A stretch of 51,460 nucleotides of DNA from contig ADNK01000595.1 of assembly GCA_000320545.1 (NCBI GenBank), positions 1 through 51,460 of the forward strand, read 5' to 3'. Within the stretch, counting starts at the first letter, position 1; every line of letters begins with the position of its first letter. The stretch is from Bigelowiella natans CCMP2755. Lineage: Eukaryota; Protista; Cercozoa. This document shows positions 1-10,200 of this stretch, one piece after another. The notes beneath the pieces were generated by a model. It made no database searches, was not told the DNA's origin, and saw only the letters and a list, made by a program, of their open reading frames with translations. Position numbers and translations under genes: made by a program.

Positions 1-651
1 AGCTTTATCATGCTTATCCGTCCATACTTGAGCAGCTCCCTGCATAAGCAAATCCTTGATTGGCGCAGCGATCTGCCAGAAGCCTTTCATGTATTCCAAA
101 TAATAAATGAATAAACCAATAAGACGGCGCACATGCCTTAAGAACCGCCTCCCCTTTATTGGACGCTCTAGCTTGTCTATAGCAATCGTACGCTTAGGAT
201 CTGGGTAGTGCGTCTTCGCCTCCTTGATCAAACCTACTGCCGCAAGTCGCTTTGGAAAAATATGCAATTTAGTAGCACTTTGATAATTGTTATATTTTTC
301 ACACTGTTGCATAAATTTAGCGAAACCTACAAGCGCTTGCATCGGCGACTGGCCTATAGTAAAGAAGTCGTCGAAGTGCATAACAGTATCTGGTATCCCA
401 ACAAGGAACCTTGTAGCCATTTCCTCGACCCATACTTGAGGAGCATTCTTGTACCCCATCGGTAGGCCCTCGCTCGCGAATGACGCGAAAAGAGTAACGA
501 ATACAAATACCAATTTTGTAAACTCGGTCATACCAAGCTGTCTCCATGCAGCTTTACTATCAGAGACTATAACCCATTGAGCATTCATTAATTTTCTTAC
601 TGTATCCCGAGTTACAGGGCAAACAGCATACATAAGCTCCACGAGCTTATT
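1..651 (-). CDS. Continuation of retrotransposon reverse transcriptase and connection region in the +1 frame; runs off the left edge
   Basis: Skipping one A in CTG-AAA-TAA-G gives a frame open to position 1: RLNKLVELMYAVCP...VIVSDSKAAWRQL...LPMGYKNAPQVW...VMHFDDFF...PDPKRTIAIDKLERP...VRRLIGLFIYY...FWQIAAPIKDLL...WTDKHDKA. This is colinear with gypsy RT motifs. The ORF track does not list it because the window has no stop codon for it. Confidence 0.9.
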
Positions 652-3325
652 TCAGGCGGCCCATCGCCACCACGACGCGTGTTAATGCTTTTCCTTTGTC
701 ATATACACAGAAAGCTGGCGACGCCCACTCTGAAGTATTATTTGTTACCTTATAACATAACCCATCACTTACCATTTGGTCGAGCTTGAGCTTCATAAGC
801 TTAAGTTTATTCGGCTCCAAATGATAAGGCCGCTGGCGAACCGGCTTGCAGCCCGGCTTCAGCCATCGCTTAATATCATGCGGTTCCCGTAATTTATACT
901 TGCCCACCTCCGGTAGTTTTATCACAAAATACTTCCGGAAGCGGCATATGATAGTACGAAGATAATAGAATTGCTGTAAACCAGGCAGCAAGCTCTCCTT
1001 CGTAACCATCTCGCGCTCCAGGCGATCAAGCATGTCCAGCACGTGCCCGCTTACCAAGTCTGAGTTAGCAACCTCACGCTGGTCGCCAAACTCCGACAAC
1101 GGTACAATACTGGATAACCGCTGGAGAAGCACTCCATCAGATTCGATGGGATTTGCCATCGATTTAACATCGATATCAGGCAAATCCTGTGCTTTAATTA
1201 TATCATCATGATTATTTACGAAATCATGATCCACTGTATTACGTAGTTCTTTTCGAACTACAGACGACACCTCCTCCTCCCCCGGCAATTCTCCCACGGC
1301 ATTTGTATCCATACTACAAATCTCGCCGGGAGCTGCCGCCATCGGAGGCATATCCATCCCCATAACTGTAACGACAGTCGCCGAAAGCACGTCGACGCTG
1401 CAGGGGTATGAATTTACGATTTCACCATTAATGGTGACAACTCGCTTTACAGGGTCAGGATCCTTAACAGAATTAATGCCATTCATGTTAAGGGTACCTA
1501 TTCCCAATACGAAGTCCTGCGAGACCGGTCCAGATAATACCAGAGCACAAATACGGAGTTTAACATATGCTCCATGCTTCTTGTATTTTTTAATCTGGAC
1601 GGTAAAATCGACCTCCCGCAGAATTTTATTTTTAATCGATGAATTAAGGCCACCCACCTCACCTACCATCGGCCTATATCCAAACCTAACACCAGAGGAC
1701 TTTAACTTTTGGTATAGAGCCTCTGAAATGGTAGTAGGTTGAGCGCCATCGTCGATTAATCCAAGTACTGCAACGGCGCCGTCATCCGCCTGCAGGAAGC
1801 ATTTAACTTTCTTCCGAGACCTCAAACTTGGGTCTCGTTCGTAGTGACGACGCTCACTTTCCTTTATTAAGTTAGGAAGTGACTGGGAATTAACCTGTAG
1901 GAGCGATGCTTCCATATTCTGCTTGGGAGCATCGGCTGATTCCTCACAGGTATGAGAGGCTAAACCGACAGGTGCCCCTCCAACAGGTTTTAAACTCCCA
2001 GCATTATGGAGAAACTTACACTTATCTCCATAATGGCATTTACCTTTCTGGAAAAGCCTACAGTCCTGGGTTTTCATCCTAGAAAGTTGCTCAGGCGTAT
2101 ACTTCTTAGAAACCTTCTTACTTTGTACATTTTGCTTGATATGCAAAAATTTGCACTTATCGCCATATTTACACTTCCCGCGCTTAAAATGCACGCATTC
2201 GCGTTGCACAGCGGGTCCTGTAACCGTAGAGGCATTAGCATGGAGAGGGTGAGCCGTAAATTTATAATAGCTCTCCTCCAGTGGCCTCAAGAACTTAACA
2301 AGCTCATCCACATCATACGGGCGAAACCCGTTGAGTGGCGCGATGAACCTATCATATAACCGATGCCCTACCAACAAGCGCCGGAAGTATCGCAGCTTGT
2401 TAGTATGACTAAAACGTAGCCCAGCAAACTCTAGAAGAAGCTCGCTAAACTGCCGGTGTATCACGTCCACGTAATGATACCGCTTCCGCCGGAGAAAGTC
2501 GAGCTTATCCTCGAAGTCCCGCTGAAGCTTTTCCTTATCCTCCTCATCGCAGAGATGCTCCAGGGCCATTTCAAACTGGTCCTCCGGGCTCTCGGAGGCA
2601 TACCGGTTCCTTACTGCTTCCCGACGTAGCCTCTCAAGCGTATGAGAGGATAAGCACGTCTGGAAATATTTATAACCAAACCCCAAGTCGGCTTGACCGA
2701 CCAGAGCAGCGTGTGCTTTAATTTCATTATAAAGCCCACGAGCTTTCCTACGGAACTGTGCCGGGCTCATAGTAGCCACACACAGCTTGCCTTTAATAGG
2801 GCAGTGCCGTCGAAACGAATCGATAGCACCCGTAATATCCCTGACCGAAGGCTGCAGCCTAGCCTTCCGCTCCATCGGCTCCGCCATGCCTGGCGGAGCA
2901 TAATCCGGGTCCCTACACTTCTTGAGCATGTAGGCCCAAGTACGTACAGTTACCCCTTTATCCACACAACGATAAAATACAAACTCTCTGGACTCTGGGT
3001 CATTAGCTACCATTTTAACCAAGTTATCAACGCCCTTATCGATCCCGTCGCAGTGCAAAACAAATTTTGCAACTCTTCGGGCATCGTAAACACCTAAGTC
3101 CCCAAACTGCTCCAGAACTTCCTCCATAGTCAGGGAAGACCGGGCGCCCGTTCCAAGCTTATACTTTCGCTCAGAAGCCACGGGCTGAGCCACCGGGATG
3201 CCATCCCGAAGCCCATAGCCTCCCGTCGAAACTTCCGAATTTCCTATCTCGGTCCCTTTGCCCTCAGCTTCCCCAACATGGTCACTTGTCTCCTCCTGAG
3301 ACCCAAATAAGTTCCCTTGATCCAT
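647..3325 (-). CDS. Ty3/gypsy-like LTR retrotransposon Gag-protease-RT(N-terminal) polyprotein
   Basis: 892-aa intronless ORF. It has two CCCH fingers (CVHFKRGKCKYGDKCKFLH, CRLFQKGKCHYGDKCKFLH), a retropepsin-like motif GLIDDGAQPTTIS with flap-like VGGLNS and VLGIG, and a gypsy RT start (PVRQRPYHL...SEWASPAFCV...RVVV). Confidence 0.9.
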   Translation of the reverse strand: MDQGNLFGSQEETSDHVGEAEGKGTEIGNSEVSTGGYGLRDGIPVAQPVASERKYKLGTGARSSLTMEEVLEQFGDLGVYDARRVAKFVLHCDGIDKGVDNLVKMVANDPESREFVFYRCVDKGVTVRTWAYMLKKCRDPDYAPPGMAEPMERKARLQPSVRDITGAIDSFRRHCPIKGKLCVATMSPAQFRRKARGLYNEIKAHAALVGQADLGFGYKYFQTCLSSHTLERLRREAVRNRYASESPEDQFEMALEHLCDEEDKEKLQRDFEDKLDFLRRKRYHYVDVIHRQFSELLLEFAGLRFSHTNKLRYFRRLLVGHRLYDRFIAPLNGFRPYDVDELVKFLRPLEESYYKFTAHPLHANASTVTGPAVQRECVHFKRGKCKYGDKCKFLHIKQNVQSKKVSKKYTPEQLSRMKTQDCRLFQKGKCHYGDKCKFLHNAGSLKPVGGAPVGLASHTCEESADAPKQNMEASLLQVNSQSLPNLIKESERRHYERDPSLRSRKKVKCFLQADDGAVAVLGLIDDGAQPTTISEALYQKLKSSGVRFGYRPMVGEVGGLNSSIKNKILREVDFTVQIKKYKKHGAYVKLRICALVLSGPVSQDFVLGIGTLNMNGINSVKDPDPVKRVVTINGEIVNSYPCSVDVLSATVVTVMGMDMPPMAAAPGEICSMDTNAVGELPGEEEVSSVVRKELRNTVDHDFVNNHDDIIKAQDLPDIDVKSMANPIESDGVLLQRLSSIVPLSEFGDQREVANSDLVSGHVLDMLDRLEREMVTKESLLPGLQQFYYLRTIICRFRKYFVIKLPEVGKYKLREPHDIKRWLKPGCKPVRQRPYHLEPNKLKLMKLKLDQMVSDGLCYKVTNNTSEWASPAFCVYDKGKALTRVVVAMGRLK

Positions 3326-3340
3326 AGTTCAACGTAGTTC

Positions 3341-3351
3341 GTCCGCTACCA
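3341..3351 (-). promoter_or_regulatory. Primer binding site of the retrotransposon (probably initiator tRNA-Met)
   Basis: The minus strand reads ...CAACTACA-C-TGGTAGCGGAC directly upstream of the gag ATG. TGGTAGC is complementary to the GCUACCA 3' end typical of eukaryotic initiator tRNA-Met. Confidence 0.7.
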
Positions 3352-3352
3352 G

Positions 3353-3935
3353 TGTAGTTGTATTGCGCAGCGCTAACAACACAACTGTGCAATGTATGCT
3401 TTTACAATGCTTTAAATCCACAAAACTAAAACCCTGTTGAATAGATAACATGACATGAGCATGCATGAGCAAACTACCAAAGGAGAAAGCTTACCGCTTG
3501 CTTGCGGGTCTTTTAGAGTGTGCTAAACTAGCGCGTTGCGCGCCAATACACATCATGTGCTGGGCACACAGCGTCCCCAGCAGCAACATGCTACGCAGCA
3601 GCAGTTGCCCAAAATATTAGGGAAAATGTAGGCCATTTTCCCCTATAATATTACAATACGTAGGCCGACTCCATGTCGTAAGTAAAATACCGAGGGTGCT
3701 CCTAGGAACATCCACGGTTGGGGAAACAACCGAGAAGGATGTTCCCAGTTGCACGTGCCCCCTCCTATAACTGTATTTCCGGGCATGTAACTCACGTTAC
3801 ATGCCCCTATATGACTAACTAAGGCACAGGAACGATAGCCTGAACCTATATAAACATGCTCACATGCAAATGTAAGATATAATAAAGCACAGCATGCACT
3901 ACCATTTATGCTATGCATGTACATGCGCGCTTACA
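3353..3935 (-). repeat. Putative 5' LTR (~580 bp) of the young gypsy element
   Basis: Bounded by TGTA...TACA termini and adjacent to the PBS. The outer end at 3935 coincides with an abrupt switch to TpA-free sequence. An alternative outer end at 3655 (also TACA) cannot be excluded because the partner LTR is outside the window. Confidence 0.6.
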
Positions 3936-4200
3936 TGCATTTGGTGGTCGCAAACTGACCACAAGCTCGGATGAGGAAAGTGGTGACTCCTCACCGTCTG
4001 AGTCTTCGAGCAGTGGGGAAGAAGACGAGGACGGACCTCCCGCACTGGAGGGGAAAATGAGCAGGAGGCCGGCTCACCACGGACCTTGCACATCGTCTTG
4101 AGTTCTTGCGAACTCAAAAGAAAGGGGGGATGATGTGGTCATGCATCATCCTGATGCATGCATGCATGCATGTCGCGCCTGGTTGCGGCGGACATGCGGA
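3936..4200 (+). mobile_element. 3' remnant of an older LTR element (ORF tail, polypurine tract, start of 3' LTR)
   Basis: An acidic ORF tail ends at 4101, followed by the purine run AAAAGAAAGGGGGGA (4117-4130) and then TGATGT, a typical PPT-LTR junction. The right boundary is approximate. Confidence 0.5.
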
Positions 4201-4213
4201 CACAGCGTGGCGC

Positions 4214-5759
4214 TCATGGGCGCCCATTGTTGTCACATTGGCGCCCACATTGGCGCCTGTTTGGCAACATTGGCGCCCACACTGGCGCCTGTTCAGCGGC
4301 CCGTTGGCAGGGGGCGCTTGGGACGCAACCGGCTTTGCGACGAGCGGCGTGACCGGCCTTGCGACGAGCGGTTGTCGTTGCGGTCATTGTCATCATTGGC
4401 ATCATTGTTGTCACATTGCGACAAGCGGTTGTCGTGATGGTGCGGGGGTGACAAGTTGGTTGCCAAAGGGGGCTGCGACAGGAGCAGCAAGCACATTGTC
4501 ATCATCAACAAATGGTCAACAGGGAGGGGATTGAACGGAGGGGATTGCCTCCGTTTGATCGACACAGAGGGAAGCGAGCGGAGGGGATTGCCTCCGTGTC
4601 AAATTGAGTCCAGTGAACGGAGGGGATTGCAGTTGGTGAACGGCAATCACACCTCCGCAATTGAACCAATCGGCGGTGGGCCGAAAGGAAGCAGAGGCAG
4701 AGACACGAAGAGGACGAAGAGCAAGCAGCGACCCTGGGGAGGTGTCGGTGCGAGGCAGGGAGAGGCAAGACAGCGTCGAGGTGGTGTTGCCTGGTCGGGT
4801 GATGTTTCAGACGGAGTTCTGGCATTCGCAATTGTTGAGACTGGGCAGGAATCACACCGGCGACGGCGCCGGTTTGTGTTTTCCGTTGATTGCTCCGACA
4901 TTGCGCGACGTGTTGCGGGCGCAAGCGCGGCGCAGAGGGACAATTGCACTGACAACGCATTCTTGAATGTCGCAAGTTTCTGTTCCTCAGTGACCTTGCA
5001 TCCTTGACAACCTGGGTCTCGGACTAGATTTGCGCACCTCGTTCGGTGGTCAATTGCAGTCTCGGAATCCTTTTGCCTGTCGACAGCTCGCCATTCATTC
5101 AGCAGCATGGGGAGAGAGTTGAGATCCATTTCACCAACGAACTCCTCCATTGGCGCGTGGACATCGGTGCCCCCTTGCACCTCGTGTTCCATTTTCAATT
5201 GATTGACGCGCTCGCTTCCTGACTTGTGTGTGTTCTCTGAAGATTTCTTCATCAACATTGGCCAGGTGGTCTTCGCTGCGTCGTTCGCGTCTGGACATGC
5301 TTCTTCGAGTTTGTCCTTGGTGTCTGTCCACCATCGGCGTGCCTCTCCGCGAGATCCATCGCAAGTGGGTGGGTTCAACGTGACCTTGCTCACTGCCGTG
5401 GGTTTGATGATCCTTGACTTGTTTTCCACTGCAGGCGCCTTCACATCGTCACCAACGTTGGAGTTCCTGCTGTTCGTCGCAGGCTGGAACAAGTCCCTCC
5501 ATGCCGTGATGATCCTGGTGGGCGGCCTGATCGTGGACAAATGCGTCGCCACCTCTTCGGCCGCGGCGTCAAACGTGAATTGGTCGTGCTCCTTGATCAG
5601 GGCACCGCGAATCAGCGCGAGTTCTAGCTTGGTTGCTTTCCCGTTTCGCAGCGCGACGAGCATTTCCTCCCGTGCTTTGACGTCGTCCGGGTCCTGCGCG
5701 AATGCATCAATGGCATTGATGATCGCCAAGCGCAGTTCCTTGCGTGATGGTTGTGCCAT
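4214..5759 (-). pseudogene. Degenerate retrotransposon gag-like ORF
   Basis: Starts at MAQPSRKELR (ATG 5759). It has gag-like motifs PPTCDGSRGEARRWW (cf. PxxF/YxG) and RQKDSETAIDHRTRC (cf. Q..ES..DY..RF), then a frameshifted low-complexity Arg/Asn/Gln tail. There is no Tyr in the 412-aa ORF 4647-5885. Confidence 0.7.
4522..4630. repeat. Short dispersed direct repeats GGAGGGGATTG(CCTCCGT)
   Basis: Four GGAGGGGATTG cores near 4523, 4537, 4580 and 4619, two of them followed by CCTCCGT. A second duplicated unit TTGGCGCCCACAYTGGCGCCTGTT lies at 4238-4293. Confidence 0.75.
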
Positions 5760-7122
5760 GGTGAATGGGTGTTGGTTTCCCTTGTTTGTGGAAGCCAGAT
5801 GTGGGTCGATGGTCAATTGAGCTGTGTTTGAATTGCATGTCGCGACTTGTGCATGCAGCAATGCCATGAGCGCGCTGCGGAACATTCTGCGAACCTTCTT
5901 GCGACATGTTCTGTTCTGCTGCAGCCAAGCATTGCAGCGACTACTCCAAGTCAGCCATTGCTACGCATCACAAGGTGGATGTCAACACACATGCTGGCAT
6001 GCAGACACGGCACTACGCCACACTGGCATGTCAGCATGCGATCTAGCGATGCAGGCAGCTTGGAACGTGCTAGCGTGTCGTTTGTGTCATCGCGTCATCG
6101 CCACAACAACTCTAGGACTAGACAAATGGACGCAGCAGAGAACAAACCAACTTTTGTCATCGACTTCCCAGACAACATTCAGACATGAGGATTGCAATCT
6201 CGCAATGCGTCTCATGCGATCGGTCCGTGCTTGCTAGCTAGCTAGCTTGGCGGCGGCATTTTTGGGCATGCACGGCAAAGTTTTGCATGATCTCTAGATC
6301 TAGTGATGTTCAGAAAAATCGATGCAACAGTCGTGTTGAAAATGTGACAGAGAGTGAGCTCTTCAACAACTGTTAAACGTCTCATTACACAAATATAATA
6401 TTAATTTCAGAGAGATACATACATACGTACGTACATAAATTTAATCATTACTACTTACCATGATTAGTTACGTGTAATACCTACAGCAACTGTTATTTTT
6501 AAAAACCAATTTTCAGGTTGACTTGATACTATCAAAACCACCTGCTATTGTGTGCTGCTCCTACTATTAGTACATGAGCTGCTACTTACTTCTACTTCTA
6601 ATACTACTACTACTTTTATTATTACTACTACTACTACTACTACCATCTAATAAAACAACGGTAGTAGCACTACTACTGATTCTATTAATTATAATTCATC
6701 GATTAATCCTACTATAATTACTACTATCCACTACATTTAACTACCGCTGTCGGTAATGAGTACCGCTCCACAAATATCACCCGGATAAAAATAATACTGT
6801 CCGAATGTCCGAAGAGTGTCCGGAAGGTGTGTACGGGAGGACAAGTTACTTACAATACTACGCGTGGTCGGTGGAAGGTAAAGCTAACGCTGGCGAGTAT
6901 TCAGTAAGAAAGGAACATAGTCGTACTCCCGAAAGGACAACAAGGAAAGAGAATGAGAAAAAGCAATGCAGCTAGTTGACTAAATACGAGACAATTAGGG
7001 TAGCTGCTGTCATCGTCCCATCTACACATCTACTTCGCTTAAACCCCCCCTCCGCTCCTCTTCCTCATCCTCTCGCCGCTCTTTTTCTTCCCCTTGTCGC
7101 ATCAAGTAATTCCTGTGCTGCA

Positions 7123-7197
7123 TCACCGCACCGCCACCCGATAGCGCTCCATTACGAACTGGAAGGCCTTCTGGTTGCACCCATTCCCTAGCCTAAG

Positions 7198-7228
<31 letters not shown>

Positions 7229-10200
7229 AATGATGATTATGGTGATGATCAACGTGGTAGTAGTGTGGCGGTAGAGATGACTATGATGATGCGCTGCCAC
7301 GAGGGGGACAACATCCAAAATAATTTTTTTCAATTTTGACATGACGGAGGTGAGAAATTACTAACTCTGAGAACCTCAAATCCATATAGAACATATGTGG
7401 TAAATTTCGGATAGAGTACATCCAATAGACTAGTGACTGCTGCGGCAGATTGTGCACTCACTTTGCGCCCATCATTTGGTGAAGCCCCTTGAGAATAGTG
7501 TGGAACATGTTTGCCATGCCCTCCGAGGGTTGCGAGCAGGACGCTATGGCGATGATCAGCTCGGGGACCGCGTTTACAATACCCTGTACGTTTAATGAAT
7601 ATGAAGAGTCATCAAATTGTTCAAAAATATGCACACACCACACACACAAACATACTAGAACATACACCGCCACTGTACGGCCGAACGGCAGACCGACCGA
7701 CCTTCGGGTTCTTGTGAATGCAGCTACACAGACCGCGGAAGGCGTGCTCCCGTTCTTTCGGATCCAGTATGCGGCATAAGTTGTTGCACCATGCCTTGGA
7801 AAAATGGTGCAGATGCGGTGCGACGATTTCGGGCGACACTAGCCCGAGTCTCCCCATGGTGATTGCGGCATTCTCCATCAAGCTTGGGTTATTATAATCC
7901 TTCACTGCGCCGTTGAGGATCGGCACCAATCTTTGCATCAATCCGGGGATATATCTAGTCAAATATAGGTAGCGGGGGGGATTGATCAGAACGTTATTTG
8001 AAGACGGACAGACTTATTATTTGAGGACGGACAGTTTGATAGACTGCTCTCTTATCATATCCAATCAGCTCCTCCCTCACTCGACCATTCTCATCACATC
8101 ATCAATAACAATCGCGCGATCGCGCGTGCGCGCGTGCGCATGCGTGCGTGTGTCGTTTGTGTTCCGGACTTGGCCATGTCGTTCCCGCCAGCATGGAAGG
8201 CCATCTCCCCGAGCGCCCACGACGCGTTGTTACACACCGACGAGGACTTGTGCGGGTCGATGTTGGCGGCGGAGATCGGGATAAACTTGTCGAAGTGCGG
8301 CTTCAGGTGCCCTATGCACGCCCTGGCCAGGTCTCCGAGGAGCGCGAACGCGCTCTGGCGGACGTCGCCATCGGGGTCCTTGAGGCACTCGAACAGCAGC
8401 ATCAGGCACTTGCTGTTGCCCACGAGCGACGCCACCGAACTACCCAGCCCGTCCGCAATCCCTAACGAACGAACGACGATGACGAAGACGAATGATCGAT
8501 CCGTTCATTGGTTGATCGACGGGTGCTGTAACAGCAACTGATAATAATAATAGTCCGAGATGGCGGATACGTATATAGCTACTTGATACTACTTCTACTG
8601 CTGCTGCTGTATCACCCCCGCATTGCTCTCTGACTACGACTGTTACGACTACTTTCTGCTGCTACCTGCTAGTAGGTCCAGGGAAACCACGATGAACTCC
8701 TTCTCGGAGGAGGCAGCTGCCACCACAGTCACAAAGGAAAGAAGATACAAATCCAAAGATTGATATGCAATCAGAAAAATATCCATGGGGGGAGGGAGGG
8801 GACGATAATAGTACGGACTGAGAAAACTACGCCGATAGTTGTGGTTCCGCAACGATAGCGGTGTCGCCGTTCGGGGGACAAAAATCATCGGGTAATTTCC
8901 ATGAAAAACGACGCGGCTCCGCTGCATGTTTCTGCTACTTCATACACGTTTACCGTGATCGTAGCTTAGGCGGGCGTTCTCCCCCATCTTACGGACTCGG
9001 TTTTGCTCGACCAGAGTGTTGTGGATGATCTGAAGGCATCTGTTGAATATGGGCTGCGCGAATGGCAGGAACCTGTAAGGAGGGGGGTGGGGGGGGGAGC
9101 AAGGCGTAGAATGAAGACAAGAGAAATTCAAAGCAACATTTCTGCTACACGACTTGTTTTCCGGGACAATAGACGCCGATGTTATACGACGAGCTACGAG
9201 GCAAACTGAGCCGCCTCGCAGTGCAGGCTGGACATCCGTAGCAATGTTTTTCGCTGCACAGCACTCTTTCTCATCTACTCGCCCTCTCATATCCTCCCCT
9301 TGCCACCCCCCTTATCCTACTCAATATCATTTCGCATACCCGGACCGAACAGCAACCGCGATGGCTGAGAGGCACTCCCCTATTGGAAAGAGGTTTCTAT
9401 CACGGTCGTCTAGTTTGTTCCAACGCTGTATCAGCGGTGGCATCAAGATCTTGATGAGCTCTTTGCGATTCAGCGCAGGACCAGCCGCCTCTGCGAGCGA
9501 GCCTAATGGATACGATACGGGTGGTGAGCTAAGTAGTAATAAGAGGTGTACGTACGGGGGGGGGGGGGGGTCTTCTGCTTTTCAGGAGATATCAGAAGCC
9601 ACGCACGCGCACACGCGCGGGGTTGGAGAGGGGGGGGGAGGCAGGGGAGGCTCTACCTATTGCGTCGTAAAGCAGAAGCATGTTCTTGGCCTGGTACTTC
9701 TGCAGCGCAAACGTTAGGTTCTTCAGGATCGGCTCGAGGTACGGAACCAGCCGCCCTCTCGCTTGCTCTTCTAAGATGGCGAACGCCGAGCAGGCCGCTT
9801 CCTGCACGGCCTTGTTCTTGTCGAGAACCCGCTGAAGGAGCTGCACCATCAACGGCTTGAAGTACCTTTTCGGACATCAAAGAGAGAGAATATGTGTGTT
9901 TGGTTAGGATGGTGGTTTGTGTGAAATATATCATTGCTGGGGCAAGATATCGACGTCGGCCAAACCTTTCTGTTTTCTGACTACTTCAACAAACAATAAC
10001 AGCAATGACAGACATGTACTGCTACTACTACAACTACTACTACTTTTCATCGTCGTCCTTGCCCTTGACGACCCACTTCGCGTAGCGACTCAGCGTCCAG
10101 CACGTTATGCTGCGGATGAGCGGCTTCGGGTGCTTGAGCTGCCCGATGAGGTAGGGTATTAGGTGATGCAGGTGCTTCGATACGCCAGAGAAGCAGCCGT

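Larger units (their letters stand above)
1..3935 (-). mobile_element. Ty3/gypsy-like LTR retrotransposon, 5' half
   Basis: Order is LTR, PBS, gag, protease, RT. RT directly after the protease is the gypsy order rather than copia. Confidence 0.85.

Noticed and set aside
4238-4293. TGGCGCCC words resembling a tRNA-Lys primer binding site
   Set aside because: They are part of a tandem duplication that reads as the low-complexity gag tail on the minus strand (NRRQCGRQC). No downstream plus-strand gag is evident.
4522-4630. Spaced direct repeats superficially like a CRISPR array
   Set aside because: Only a few short, irregularly spaced copies within a eukaryotic retroelement, and no cas genes.
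3911-6237. Many overlapping ORFs in all six frames
   Set aside because: Explained by loss of TAA/TAG stop codons in the TpA-erased block. Only the minus-strand gag-like frame shows protein motifs.
3934-6373. Classical RIP or CpG-methylation decay as the cause of the skewed composition
   Set aside because: These deplete CpA/CpG and raise TpA or TpG via C->T. Here CpG is abundant and TpA is what is missing.
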